The notes under the pieces were generated by a model. It was not told the origin of the DNA and did no database searches. It saw nothing but the letters and a program-made list of their open reading frames with translations. A stretch of DNA of 64,000 bases from the IMG/VR virus record IMGVR_UViG_3300020356_000001, positions 1 to 64,000 of that record. One strand, 5' to 3'. This document shows positions 27,201 through 36,757 of the stretch, in pieces (within the stretch, counting starts at the first letter, position 1; each line of letters begins with the position of its first letter). The stretch comes from a virus. Its lineage: Duplodnaviria > Caudoviricetes. A program made the translations under genes and the position numbers.

Positions 27201-30200
27201 CAGCAAAACCACCACTTAACATATCGGGAAGATCTTTAGCAGTTCGCTCCCAAACTCTTAAAACTTTTCTAAGCAACTCAGGGTCAGCGTCATGTACGCG
27301 AGCAATCTGATCCAACATCATATGACCAGCACCAGAACTTACTAAAGGATCAGCAGCAGCCAAATAACCACCCCTTCCACTTCCTTTAATAATGTCGTGC
27401 ATTTCAATAGCAAATCGTTCTATATCTTCAGGCGATTCAATACTTGTCTGACGCATCATCAATTCTGCTACACGCACTTCAGTGTCAGCATGTAAACCAT
27501 AAACCTTAATATTTTTAGCACCCAACGGAGTATCTAAAACAAGGTTGTAACTATAAGGAGACGTATTATCTACATACATTCCATCCAAAGTCACATTAAG
27601 AGAGGGCTTATCAGCCCACGCCAACTCAGGGCTACCATAACGCAAAGACGGAGCAAGAAAAGAACTGTTACTCTGATGCAACAACCTTGTTGCAGTACCA
27701 TTCTTAATAGCCTCATCAATAGTTCTTTGAGGAACTGAACGAGCAGCCAACGTAGCACCAATCAAATCATCAGAACCCTGAGCAAAAAAAGGCTGATTAA
27801 ACTTATTAGCCAAAGCCTCTAATCTAGATTCAAGAAAATCTACATAAGAAGCCTGTTCCTCTGCTGCTAATCCGGGCATGTGACGGCGAACAAAATTTTC
27901 CATACCACCCATACGGTTACGCAAATCTAACAACTCTCTTACTTGATTACCTAACGCTCTAGTAAGGTCACCATCTACAACACCGCCCTTAACTAAATCC
28001 TCGTATGCGAAACGAGCGCTTTGTAACATGCTGTCAATATCTTCTTCAGGATCTAAATAATTCCAACCAATATTTTCTTTCAAAGCGCCTTGAGCGCGGT
28101 GAAAGAAAGAACCCCCGTTATCAATACGTGTAACACCATCCAAAGCAGAAACGCCTACATTGTCAAACCCTGTGCCTAACACATCCCAGTTAGATAACAA
28201 CACATCAGCCGCTAAACCGCGTGCTAAAACTTCAACAAACGGAACACCAACAGCATCAACTTGTTGCACCCTTGGGTCAGTTGGATCAGCAAGAAACTGC
28301 ACACCATTACCATCCGTGTAAACCCTTGCAGTAGCAGGATCTAAACCACTCTGTTGAATTGTAGTTAAATCATCAAGCCAAGGAGACACATGATATATAG
28401 AACCATCCGATGCCCTAGAAGCATAAGACGCAGGAGCAGATAAACCTAACTCCCTGTATAAAGCATTAGACAAAACCTCACCAGTGACACGATCACGCCC
28501 GTTACCATTACGGACAAAAAAACTTTCCCCAGTTTCAGGGTCAAACGCTTCATCACCATACTGTTTAACATAATAAACTTTGTCACCCAACTGATACTTG
28601 CCACCAACATTCGTTCCTAATGGACCCTCAAGTAAAGTTCCATTAATAAGAATGTCATCAATGCTTACACCAACAGGACCAGCAGGTATCTGAGAAGTAG
28701 TAGGCACATTTTGCATAGCCTGAAGATTTTTTTTCAACTGAACAGCATCTCTGACTGTCATAATAATTGGTTCACCACCATTAGGAGGTTGAACTACTAA
28801 ACGTAAAGGCTGACCCGCTGCTTCCGCAGCATCTTCTAAATCTCGGATAGTTGTAGCGTAGTAATCTATTTGAATATCAAGAGCCTCATCTATCTGCTGA
28901 ATCATCTCACTCATTTCACGACCATCAAACAAAGTCGCGCGAGCAGGCAACCCACTACCAGCATGATATGTGTACAACAAATCCATAACATCAGGAGAAG
29001 TTAAAACCTCATCCAAAGACCGACCATCGGCAATACCCTGATCTAATGCTTGAAGAATCCCTGCTTTAGCAGTCGTCACATTATCAGGAGTAGGAATATC
29101 TAAAACATCAACATCAGCAAACTCTGCATAATCATCAATAACTTTAGTTGCTTCTTCCATATCTAAACGTATGCGCTTTAATGACCAGTCAAGTTTGTAA
29201 GCAGCATTACCCGTTTCCCACCCAGTAAGAACAGCATCTGCTGCACCTGTTGTTGGCACTTCAACCTTTGGTTGACGAGCCAACACATCTAATTCACGTT
29301 CAACACCAAGCCAAACACCAATACCTTTTTCATCAGACTGTTGAAGAATCCCATCCATATTCCCAAACAACAACTCAACATCAGATTCAAAACCTGCTTC
29401 ACCAACAAAAATAAACCTGTCACCCTCTTGTCTTAAGAAAGAAGGCAACTCATTAGCAGCAGCAAACGCAGCCAAATCAGCATTAGGATCAGCAGGATTC
29501 AACCCACCCAACTCACGCACAAACAAATCAAAATTATCAGAAGTCTTAAACACACTAGTAATAGCACGCTCTAAAAAAAGTACCTGAGCAGTACCACTAC
29601 CCAAAGTCTCATAAGCAAAACGCAAAGATGTTTCATCCATAGCCAAAGACTTACTCTTATCAACAAGCCTTAAACGTTCTTCTTCCAACTTAACAATGTT
29701 TGCCGCATCAGGATTATCTTCAATGTCTTTGGTCAACCTTGCTATCTGCTCATCAACTTCGGCTCTTTCAGCCTGAACAGCCACATAACTTTCTTCTTGA
29801 CGAGTAATCTCATCCGCATAACGCCGTTGAATAGCATCCGCTTCCAACACTTCACGTTCAGCCTGATCTACAACAGCCTGCAACTCCTCAATGTTCTTAT
29901 CAACAACAGCCTGATCGCCTACACCTGCTGATTTACGGTTCATAGCCTCCATCAAATTAGATGTAGCATTCATCCACGCAGCCTGAGCATCTCTAAAACG
30001 GCGACCTGCTTGCACAGCACGAGAACTAGGGAGTTTAACAAACTCAGCCATCCTGTCTATAAGAATACCCTCAGAAAACAACAGGCTTTCCGTGTAAACC
30101 TCACCAGCACGTTTAGAAATCTGATTAACATAACCACGCATAGCAGTCTCAATGTCATCAACAAACAAAGAATAATCCCCACCATTACGTTCAATAATGT

Positions 30201-32184
30201 CAGTGATCTGCTTCTCAATAGAACCCCAAGTACGCCCATCAGGATCACCAGCGATTTTAGATCCGGGTTTATTTAACTTCTCACCCCAAAAATTGTCAGC
30301 AATATCACCTTCTTCTTTAAGAAGTTTCCGTGCCTCATCAGGAGTAATCTTCTCACTCTTAACACGAGCAGCGACAACAGCCTCAAACTCATCAGGATCA
30401 ACATACTTACGTCTAAGTTCAGGACCTTGAGGTTTCCATTTACCACGAGACTTATGTATGCGCCTACTGTATTTACCTGACTTAGCCCACGCTTCCTGAA
30501 TCGCTTCTTGCGCCTCGTCAGTTAATTGGCGAGGCACATAATTATCTATAAAAGACAACCAATCTGCCCCACCACCAGCCCTGTTAGCCTCCACTCTTAA
30601 CAACTCAAAAGTATCTCTACCTTTCTGCAAAAGAGCATCATCTATACCAGCAGCAGCATTAACATCACCAGCCAAAGCATGATACATCTGGCTAACATCT
30701 ACACCTGCTTCGTCAACATCATTCAAAAAATCGTTAGCGATACGGCTCAACTGAACTTTAGTACTACGACCTTTTGAATTACCTCGCGCGACAGCATGTA
30801 TAACACGTTTACCTTGCTGAATAAAAACAGAATCAGAAGATTCACGAATAGCAGTTTTCAACTCAGGCAACCGACCAGCAAAACGACCCTTAGTAACCAT
30901 ACGAGTCAACCCGCCACGCTGACCTATAATACCGTTACGTAAACCTTGCGGGATGCCTGTAACTAACTTGCCTAAAATAGGAGTTTCAGAAGTCATAATA
31001 CGCATACCGACAGGAGCCTGAACTCCTTTACGAGTAACCTTATTAATAGCCCTTTCAATAGGATCAGCAACTCTTAAAGCCCTACCCACTGGACCCGTAA
31101 ACGGAACCTTCATACCAAAAGACAATTTCATTTTGGCAGCATCATCAGCAGTTAAAAAAGCACCTTTAAAACCTTGTTCTGCTTGACGAAAACCTTGACG
31201 TAAAGGATCAGTAAAAGCATCATCACCAAATCTTGCAGCACGATCCAAACCACTATCAGCCCATTTAGAAGCAGCAAAACGAAGATCATCACCATCAACA
31301 GATGTCGCACCTTTCTTTTGCGCACGCGCACCTATCTCATATAAACGCTCTAAATCAGCAACTTCCTGATCCGTAAACTTAACAACTAAAGACTGTGCAT
31401 CTTCACCAATTTCTTCAACCGCTGTTCTGGAAGTCCACTCCCAGCCATCATCAACTTTTTTCAAAGAAGATTTACCACCCTTGGCTATATCACCAGCAAT
31501 GTCATCCGCTAAAGCAGACCAATTAGCGTTATCCATTTGACGGGCGACATAACCCATACCTTCATCACCAACTGTTTTACTAAGATTAGTTAAAGCAGAC
31601 TTACGAACAAGTTCTCTACCTACTTCACGCGCACCTTTTCGAGCCAACGCACTACTAAACGCTGCACCTTTACCTACAAGACCCAGATAAGACAAAGGAT
31701 CTAAAGCAACGTCACCAATAAAACCTAAAGCAGCAGCACCAAATTTTTGCCAACCACTATCACGATCCTGCATGACATCATAGTCATGCAACAAACGACC
31801 AAAAGTATAATTGTCATTAAACTGTTTTTTAAAATCACCCCAACTGGCATCCTGCCCAGTAAAAACATCAATAGTTTCTTTTAACGCAGAACTAGTAAAA
31901 GCCAAAGGCTTTTGAATAACATTAAGAAAGCCGCCTACAGGTCCCTTAGTTAAAGCATTTACATACCAAGGAGTGTTTGCTTTAATGTACCGTTCATTAG
32001 CCCACGCAACATTGTGACGAGAAGGAGCAATAGTCGTAGACAAAGGCGCTCCTGCGCTTTTGCCAAGAATTGATTCTAAACGACCACGATCAGTAACTTC
32101 ACCTACACCAGATATATTACGTTTTTCGCCAAGTATGGCGCTTAATCTGCCTCGGTCTGTGGATGTAGGAGTTTCATATGCCAT
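24211..32184 (-). CDS. Giant internal virion/ejection protein (large polyvalent type) with an internal HipA/PI3K-like kinase domain
   Basis: 2657 aa; C-terminal FDYDDLSDFERNVVKKVIPFYTWTRKN segment typical of podovirus ejection proteins; kinase motifs at ~27780-28640. Confidence 0.75.
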   Translation of the reverse strand: MAYETPTSTDRGRLSAILGEKRNISGVGEVTDRGRLESILGKSAGAPLSTTIAPSRHNVAWANERYIKANTPWYVNALTKGPVGGFLNVIQKPLAFTSSALKETIDVFTGQDASWGDFKKQFNDNYTFGRLLHDYDVMQDRDSGWQKFGAAALGFIGDVALDPLSYLGLVGKGAAFSSALARKGAREVGRELVRKSALTNLSKTVGDEGMGYVARQMDNANWSALADDIAGDIAKGGKSSLKKVDDGWEWTSRTAVEEIGEDAQSLVVKFTDQEVADLERLYEIGARAQKKGATSVDGDDLRFAASKWADSGLDRAARFGDDAFTDPLRQGFRQAEQGFKGAFLTADDAAKMKLSFGMKVPFTGPVGRALRVADPIERAINKVTRKGVQAPVGMRIMTSETPILGKLVTGIPQGLRNGIIGQRGGLTRMVTKGRFAGRLPELKTAIRESSDSVFIQQGKRVIHAVARGNSKGRSTKVQLSRIANDFLNDVDEAGVDVSQMYHALAGDVNAAAGIDDALLQKGRDTFELLRVEANRAGGGADWLSFIDNYVPRQLTDEAQEAIQEAWAKSGKYSRRIHKSRGKWKPQGPELRRKYVDPDEFEAVVAARVKSEKITPDEARKLLKEEGDIADNFWGEKLNKPGSKIAGDPDGRTWGSIEKQITDIIERNGGDYSLFVDDIETAMRGYVNQISKRAGEVYTESLLFSEGILIDRMAEFVKLPSSRAVQAGRRFRDAQAAWMNATSNLMEAMNRKSAGVGDQAVVDKNIEELQAVVDQAEREVLEADAIQRRYADEITRQEESYVAVQAERAEVDEQIARLTKDIEDNPDAANIVKLEEERLRLVDKSKSLAMDETSLRFAYETLGSGTAQVLFLERAITSVFKTSDNFDLFVRELGGLNPADPNADLAAFAAANELPSFLRQEGDRFIFVGEAGFESDVELLFGNMDGILQQSDEKGIGVWLGVERELDVLARQPKVEVPTTGAADAVLTGWETGNAAYKLDWSLKRIRLDMEEATKVIDDYAEFADVDVLDIPTPDNVTTAKAGILQALDQGIADGRSLDEVLTSPDVMDLLYTYHAGSGLPARATLFDGREMSEMIQQIDEALDIQIDYYATTIRDLEDAAEAAGQPLRLVVQPPNGGEPIIMTVRDAVQLKKNLQAMQNVPTTSQIPAGPVGVSIDDILINGTLLEGPLGTNVGGKYQLGDKVYYVKQYGDEAFDPETGESFFVRNGNGRDRVTGEVLSNALYRELGLSAPASYASRASDGSIYHVSPWLDDLTTIQQSGLDPATARVYTDGNGVQFLADPTDPRVQQVDAVGVPFVEVLARGLAADVLLSNWDVLGTGFDNVGVSALDGVTRIDNGGSFFHRAQGALKENIGWNYLDPEEDIDSMLQSARFAYEDLVKGGVVDGDLTRALGNQVRELLDLRNRMGGMENFVRRHMPGLAAEEQASYVDFLESRLEALANKFNQPFFAQGSDDLIGATLAARSVPQRTIDEAIKNGTATRLLHQSNSSFLAPSLRYGSPELAWADKPSLNVTLDGMYVDNTSPYSYNLVLDTPLGAKNIKVYGLHADTEVRVAELMMRQTSIESPEDIERFAIEMHDIIKGSGRGGYLAAADPLVSSGAGHMMLDQIARVHDADPELLRKVLRVWERTAKDLPDMLSGGFAAGSLRREQISKSAAVVRMALEMGDIAIPTSAFGIDPQRAQMVQKLNSMSFEERLRFAIWMTDTSGGGQVSRRLTEGQIMRPRLTDPWEKNIAKLSTELRKELNIKTGDVPEMLSVYLGQIDSAINPDGWAGQIAKNNFMLSRFAGGIDALLFTMQPSGTPISQLSDKAVKPQQWLFKNFYETYRRSLSADGYNATAWFNEEEITMSANALSEAVPFQGKRFSPSPQLWANMMVTNPLAVHSSDVMTTHRNISRIASDAAFDSADLSDDAARRLHNPYPDDPDMPMIIDPDDESNVLKTAGELWEDEAAAIETIIGKGSMGAAEGQTKFIDAASFLDWWDGQAQSYMGPNYQGVGPNAYQIDLMEALVNKRALLTQNLEEVSVVHAELSRKFANAVADKGRTDVNAGMSQWALDTALAQKQGQIDRAKETLARLGAPENVPLEDIPDDLVEIRLAVGALIDNDAEMLNLALDQFEEGANDWLELVSQFPEGADDLHRIPKREEVLDTVFRSGFKPIGATLQGPEAIVESMVAAERYVARGGAAGFFRKYDKLHNLLRAYMIAKPGFHGRNFMSAVFMNHLSGMNWSNYRRFMRSYWKFQEEEATRLGLTDRASSMRKAMKARGINPNNVNPEHVQYIRQLSESGALGAAGGQVATEFVETGGKGIGPSVTIRGKKINLIDAMNPASSRNAPLRLSRNLGMATETFVRGSLGFDTLYKGGAVDEAFDNVMKFHFDYDDLSDFERNVVKKVIPFYTWTRKNMPLMFEMFARKPAVFNRYNSLKKEIEATTESPPSVYPRWMQRQGAIQLPFKFEGEDMFILPDMPFKAPLELLDPALAFDKDLSVVDRVQIALGTFGTQVTPLIKAPYEWKAKQNLWKDYNFDGRYEVVPRAYAMIPGLMPLLNMGGLAAKNDQGDWAMKDYELHTMAQLLPTFTDFRRLFPDEQRYQERTLSSWMSFAFGIGLRTNTKYEQQMELISRGYEMRDEISQEKSLRGARLR

Positions 32185-32192
32185 AACATTTT

Positions 32193-34766
32193 TTAATTGC
32201 CAATACCTGTTGCGCCTTCATATTCAAGGAAATCAGCAAAAGTCTCACCTTCAAATTTAGGTTTAGTTTGTTTAACAGGTTCAGGATTTAACGGAGCATA
32301 ATTAGGAACCCAATCCCATTCACCACCAAAATTCCTATCAAACCATCCACGATTATCACGAATCTTTTGACCATTTGCACCTATGTAATAATAACGTATC
32401 CCATCATGATAACTTTCTATATAAATAGGACGACCATTTACCCATGAGTCAGGAGTTATAGCAACACCTGCTGCATTTTGTTCATACATTTGAATAGGTG
32501 CTTGTTTACCTGTTTTTGGTTCCATCAAATTATCTCTTGAACCGTAACCGCCTTTTTCAAAAGTAATTCCTTGACCAGTTTGTTTTACTGCATCAGTTTC
32601 TTTACTGCCCATACCGCCCGTTTTAGGATCAGTAGTAACTTTTGGACCTGCATCAGTAGCCATACGAGCAAAATCTTTTCTTTCTGCTGCAAGTTCAGCA
32701 TCAATACCTGCTGCCTCTGTTCCAAAATTAGGTTGATTATAAGGAGCGGCGGCTTCTTCACGGGCAGTTGTTAACTGCCCCATTTCACTAGCATAAGCCT
32801 TAATAAGAGCAATATCTTCTGTACTCATTTGCTTGCCTTGACCTAAAGCATCTGTTTCTGCAAGACCAGCAAAAAATCCTTCTTGGTCATTTTCGTTCAT
32901 ACCTGCTGCTTCTTGAGCCAAACGAATTAAAGGAGCCTGATTCTCACCATAACGGCGAACCATGCTTTCATAAGTACCTTCATCACCAAACTGACCATAC
33001 AAAGCACGATCAGCAATATATTGATCGCGTACAGCCTTACGTTCAGAAGCACTCATCTGATCCCAAAGGATCTTACCCATTTCAGGATTACCACCACCAA
33101 GACCATAAAACTCTGCTGCTGCTAAAGAACCAGCAGCCTCAGCCTCAGCAGCCGCATTGTCTGCCAACCTTGTTGCTTCTTCTTCAGTTTTAGCAGCCGC
33201 TATTTCAGCATCATATGCTTCTTTACGGAACTTGTAATCACGAGCATCTTCAAATCTACGTGTTCTTTCAAACGTATCTCGTTGGTCACGATCCAACTCT
33301 GCTTCACTTACACGCAAAGCACGATCCAAAGCAGACTCACTTACACGCAAAGCACGATCCAAAGCAGACTCACCTTCACGGAACTCACGATCCAATGCAG
33401 CCTGACCGGCCTGATAATCTTGCCCTTGTAAGCGTATTCCTTCATCAACCAAGAATTGTTCACGGCGCATTTCATCACCAAGCAGAGCATTAATCATATC
33501 CTCATCACGAGCCTGATTAAATTGTTCCTGACGTAACTGTTCTGCCAACAAACGTTCAGATTCCTCAGCATTCAAACCTTGCAATACTTGGAACGCCTCG
33601 TCACCCAAAGCCAAACGAGACTCAGCAGCCAACTGTGCAGGCGCAGCCTGTCTTTCAGCCGCAGCCATATTCGCTATCTGAGCAAGACGCGACATAGCAT
33701 CCTGCGAAGAAGCGGCTTGCGAACTAGCAAGACCAGAAGCCAAAGCAGCAGCCTGCTCAAACTCGTCTGTAACCTGTGGACCCAAAGCCTGCCTCGCGGC
33801 AGCAATACGATCCTCTGAACCAGTAGTTAAACCAGTAGCACGACCAGCAATAGCATCAATCAAAGCCTGTTGTTGTGCCGTACGATCTGTTTCCAAAGCG
33901 CCAATATCACCAGTTAAAGTTCTAGCAATCTCACCAATTTGCTCATTTCGTCTAGCCTCAGCATTACTTAAACTTGTGCGTCTACCAGAAATTAAATCAA
34001 TAATATTCTGAGACAAATCTGTTGCTTGACGTTCACCAAACAAATCACGAATAGTTTCTTCCATATCAGCAGGACGATAATATTCATCGCCTACACCACC
34101 ACCTGTAACTGCACCTACACCAGCAGGAATACAAACACCATTTGCCCAAGTCCCACCAGTAAGCGCACACGCTATTGCTGGATCAAAAGTAGGAGGAGGA
34201 TCATCACCTCCACCAACAGGAACCTCGATTTCAGGGTCAACAACTGTCTCTGCCGCAGCAGCAGCATTCTGAGCATCAATACGTCTTTGAACTTCTTCCC
34301 AATCAACATCACCCAAACCTAAAGTTTTAGGAACCGGCACGCCAGCAGCATCACCATAACGCTCAGGCACAACCTGACCCGCAGGAACCTGCGCAAACCG
34401 ATCACCATACTGCTTCTTCAACTCACGCAACTGAACAGCAGCCGCACGAGGATCAGCAGTTCTACCCGTCATAGCCAACTCTTTACCAGCAGTCATAGCA
34501 CTACCAGCAGGACGCATCATAGAACCACGTTGAGCAGTTCTGTAATTAAACGGAACATTAGAACCAGCAGGCAACTGGCTAGTAGGAGAATCATATTTGT
34601 TTTGCAAAAACCTTAAAGTTTCTGCTTGACCAACATCACTTCCTTTAAACCCTGCCGCTCTAGGATCAGCACTTATTTGAGCCGCCGCATTTTTAGCAGC
34701 ATACTCAGCAGCAGTTTTAGCCAAAGCATCATCAATTAACTTTTGAGTTCCTGCACCAAAAACCAT
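32193..34766 (-). CDS. Internal virion/ejection protein (helical, Ala-rich)
   Basis: 857 aa coiled-coil-rich; upstream of the giant protein. Confidence 0.65.
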   Translation of the reverse strand: MVFGAGTQKLIDDALAKTAAEYAAKNAAAQISADPRAAGFKGSDVGQAETLRFLQNKYDSPTSQLPAGSNVPFNYRTAQRGSMMRPAGSAMTAGKELAMTGRTADPRAAAVQLRELKKQYGDRFAQVPAGQVVPERYGDAAGVPVPKTLGLGDVDWEEVQRRIDAQNAAAAAETVVDPEIEVPVGGGDDPPPTFDPAIACALTGGTWANGVCIPAGVGAVTGGGVGDEYYRPADMEETIRDLFGERQATDLSQNIIDLISGRRTSLSNAEARRNEQIGEIARTLTGDIGALETDRTAQQQALIDAIAGRATGLTTGSEDRIAAARQALGPQVTDEFEQAAALASGLASSQAASSQDAMSRLAQIANMAAAERQAAPAQLAAESRLALGDEAFQVLQGLNAEESERLLAEQLRQEQFNQARDEDMINALLGDEMRREQFLVDEGIRLQGQDYQAGQAALDREFREGESALDRALRVSESALDRALRVSEAELDRDQRDTFERTRRFEDARDYKFRKEAYDAEIAAAKTEEEATRLADNAAAEAEAAGSLAAAEFYGLGGGNPEMGKILWDQMSASERKAVRDQYIADRALYGQFGDEGTYESMVRRYGENQAPLIRLAQEAAGMNENDQEGFFAGLAETDALGQGKQMSTEDIALIKAYASEMGQLTTAREEAAAPYNQPNFGTEAAGIDAELAAERKDFARMATDAGPKVTTDPKTGGMGSKETDAVKQTGQGITFEKGGYGSRDNLMEPKTGKQAPIQMYEQNAAGVAITPDSWVNGRPIYIESYHDGIRYYYIGANGQKIRDNRGWFDRNFGGEWDWVPNYAPLNPEPVKQTKPKFEGETFADFLEYEGATGIGN
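33304..33373. repeat. Exact 33-bp in-frame tandem duplication
   Basis: TCACTTACACGCAAAGCACGATCCAAAGCAGAC x2; encodes SESALDRALRV repeats. Confidence 0.9.
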
Positions 34767-35179
34767 TACAACAACCCCTGCAACGTCTGCGAAATAGCAA
34801 ACCTTCTCATAGCATTAGCAATCTGATCGTCAACCAAACCGCCATACAAATTCTCATCCAAAATAGCACGCTGCTTATCTAATTGGCGTCTCGCCTGCTC
34901 CGCAGAAGACTCAACACCAGTCAAAGCCAACTCCGCTTCACCCGCTGCTATTTCTCTACCCCTGCGAAATAAGCCAGAATCCAACATCCCACGCCTATTA
35001 AACTGACCCGGCAATGTACGAGCAGCATTCTTAATCTGCTGATTAGTTCTAAAAGTATTCATCGCTTGGTCACGACCCAAACGTTCAGAGGCACGCTGAA
35101 TATCATCCATGCCGTAACCGTACTCTTGTGTACGGCGACCCATCGAACCTTTACGTTCGGTGTACCCCGAATAAGCCAT
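34766..35179 (-). CDS. Small internal virion protein
   Basis: 137 aa; FNRRGMLDSGLF motif; precedes the ejection proteins. Confidence 0.6.
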   Translation of the reverse strand: MAYSGYTERKGSMGRRTQEYGYGMDDIQRASERLGRDQAMNTFRTNQQIKNAARTLPGQFNRRGMLDSGLFRRGREIAAGEAELALTGVESSAEQARRQLDKQRAILDENLYGGLVDDQIANAMRRFAISQTLQGLL

Positions 35180-35559
35180 TAGTTAAATACTTGCCCTGAT
35201 AGTAAAAGAGTTGCTGTTTCAACATTAACATTAACAGTCACATCCCCGCTTGCACCCCCGCCGCTGATCGCAACACCCGCAGTCACACCTGTGATATCGC
35301 CTGTTGTAGGAGCAGTCCACGACAACCCAGATGCTGTTGACGAGTCCGCAGTTAACACATGTGTATTTGTTCCCACTGACAATTTCGTTGCAGCATCCGC
35401 ACCCGTTCCGACAATCAGATCCCCCTTGGCATCCGTGTCCACAGTCAGAGTCACAGCACCCTCGCTGCCGCCCCCCGCAAGACCCGACCCCGCAACAACA
35501 TCGCTGATATCGCCCGTCTGACCCTGAGTTAACCTCTGATCTATTCTCTGTATACTCAT
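35179..35559 (-). CDS. Tail-associated protein (paralog of 1458-1841)
   Basis: DAKGDLIVGTGADAATKLSVGTNTHVLTADSS. Confidence 0.7.
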   Translation of the reverse strand: MSIQRIDQRLTQGQTGDISDVVAGSGLAGGGSEGAVTLTVDTDAKGDLIVGTGADAATKLSVGTNTHVLTADSSTASGLSWTAPTTGDITGVTAGVAISGGGASGDVTVNVNVETATLLLSGQVFN

Positions 35560-35567
35560 GTCGTTCC

Positions 35568-35861
35568 TTATTGTCCAAAGTAAGTAATGTGAATAGTGCT
35601 GCTTGAAGAACCAACGCGAATAAATTTCACATCCGCTAAGTCATCTTGGTACAAATCTAAAACACTGTAAGGATTTAGATAATGCCCCACAGAAGCAGTT
35701 GGTGTACCCCAACGCACCCTTATAGGTTCCGCCCCATTAGTAATCATGCACGCTACTGAACCTGCTGGAACTGTTAAAGCCACAGCACTATCGGCAACTG
35801 TAAGCGACTGATCTCCTACAAGATTTCCGTATGCTGAAGCCGCTTGAATTATTCCTGCCAT
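35568..35861 (-). CDS. Small virion-associated protein
   Basis: 97 aa ORF in the late operon. Confidence 0.65.
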   Translation of the reverse strand: MAGIIQAASAYGNLVGDQSLTVADSAVALTVPAGSVACMITNGAEPIRVRWGTPTASVGHYLNPYSVLDLYQDDLADVKFIRVGSSSSTIHITYFGQ

Positions 35862-36008
35862 TTAATTTCGCCTTCCGAAAATATTCATATTTGCCACCAT
35901 TTCTATTTCTTCTATACTTTGGGACAACTTACGAAGTTCGTATTCAATACTTACTGCGTTTTGTCCCAAAAACTTGTGAGAAGGTCTATATAAAGTAGAA
36001 GTTGTCAC
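35862..36008 (-). CDS. Hypothetical 48-aa protein (not in ORF track)
   Basis: GTG overlaps the upstream TAG; MTTSTLYRPSHKFLGQNAVSIEYELRKLSQSIEEIEM...; stop abuts the next ATG. Confidence 0.6.
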   Translation of the reverse strand: MTTSTLYRPSHKFLGQNAVSIEYELRKLSQSIEEIEMVANMNIFGRRN

Positions 36009-36436
36009 TAATCCTCCAACTCATCTATACGCTCATGCACCATCGTAAACTCTGTAGGAATCCACGCGAGTCCAGCAACAATTTCTTTCATATCATTAAC
36101 TTCTCTTATTACTTGATTCATGTCAGATGCCATTGCCTCTACCACAAGAGAAGGGGCGAATCTGTCCAAATCATCAAGACGAGCAGCGCGTACATCACTA
36201 ATAGAATCCGCATTTTCTTCGACACCATTTTGAATCTCATCCAGTTTCGCTAAAACACTGGAATCAGTACCAGTATTCTGTTCAATAACAGCAACCTTCG
36301 CTTCCAAATCAGAGATTTGGTTAGCGACTGATGCGGCTTTCCAAACGACCACACCTGAGATGGAGGCTACAGACATGATGAGTCCAAGCGTTAGTCTTGA
36401 TACTCCTATTCGTTTTATGTCTGTTACGTCATCCAT
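36008..36436 (-). CDS. N-terminal TM + coiled-coil protein (homolog of 62042-62518)
   Basis: VSRLTLGLIMSVA...NTGTDSSVLAKLDEI shared with 62042-62518. Confidence 0.75.
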   Translation of the reverse strand: MDDVTDIKRIGVSRLTLGLIMSVASISGVVVWKAASVANQISDLEAKVAVIEQNTGTDSSVLAKLDEIQNGVEENADSISDVRAARLDDLDRFAPSLVVEAMASDMNQVIREVNDMKEIVAGLAWIPTEFTMVHERIDELED

Positions 36437-36440
36437 TTAG

Positions 36441-36749
36441 TTATTCGGCTGCCTTTGCTGCTGCTGTAGGAGGATCATCAGGCCAAACAACTTCGGACAC
36501 CTTGCTAAAACTAGCAGGTAAGTCACGTAGTTCTTGTCTGTATGTCGCCCATTCCTCAGCGGTATGATCGCCTAATGTTGCGTCTGCTATTTGAGTCCAG
36601 TCACAATCACGCAACAATGCGTTACGATGCACTCTGGTAAAAGTGAAATCCAGATCCATTGCTGTGGCTCTATCTTCCATTTCTTTTATTTCTTCTGCCG
36701 TGAGTTCGATGTACTCACCGTTCACGACCTTATATCTTGGTTCTGCCAT
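36441..36749 (-). CDS. Tail fiber assembly-like protein
   Basis: RNALLRDCDWTQIAD...WATYRQELRDLP...WPDDP. Confidence 0.8.
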   Translation of the reverse strand: MAEPRYKVVNGEYIELTAEEIKEMEDRATAMDLDFTFTRVHRNALLRDCDWTQIADATLGDHTAEEWATYRQELRDLPASFSKVSEVVWPDDPPTAAAKAAE

Positions 36750-36757
36750 ATTTTCTC

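Noticed and set aside
24211-32184. Virion RNA polymerase (N4- or crAss-type) reading the hairpins
   Set aside because: I found no DxDGD/DxDxD or T7-type motif-B pattern by eye. A structure prediction would be needed to exclude a cryptic fold.
35921-35967. Inverted pair of GGGACA motifs as promoter sites
   Set aside because: Both fall inside the 48-aa ORF 35862-36008 and lack a properly spaced -10 box.
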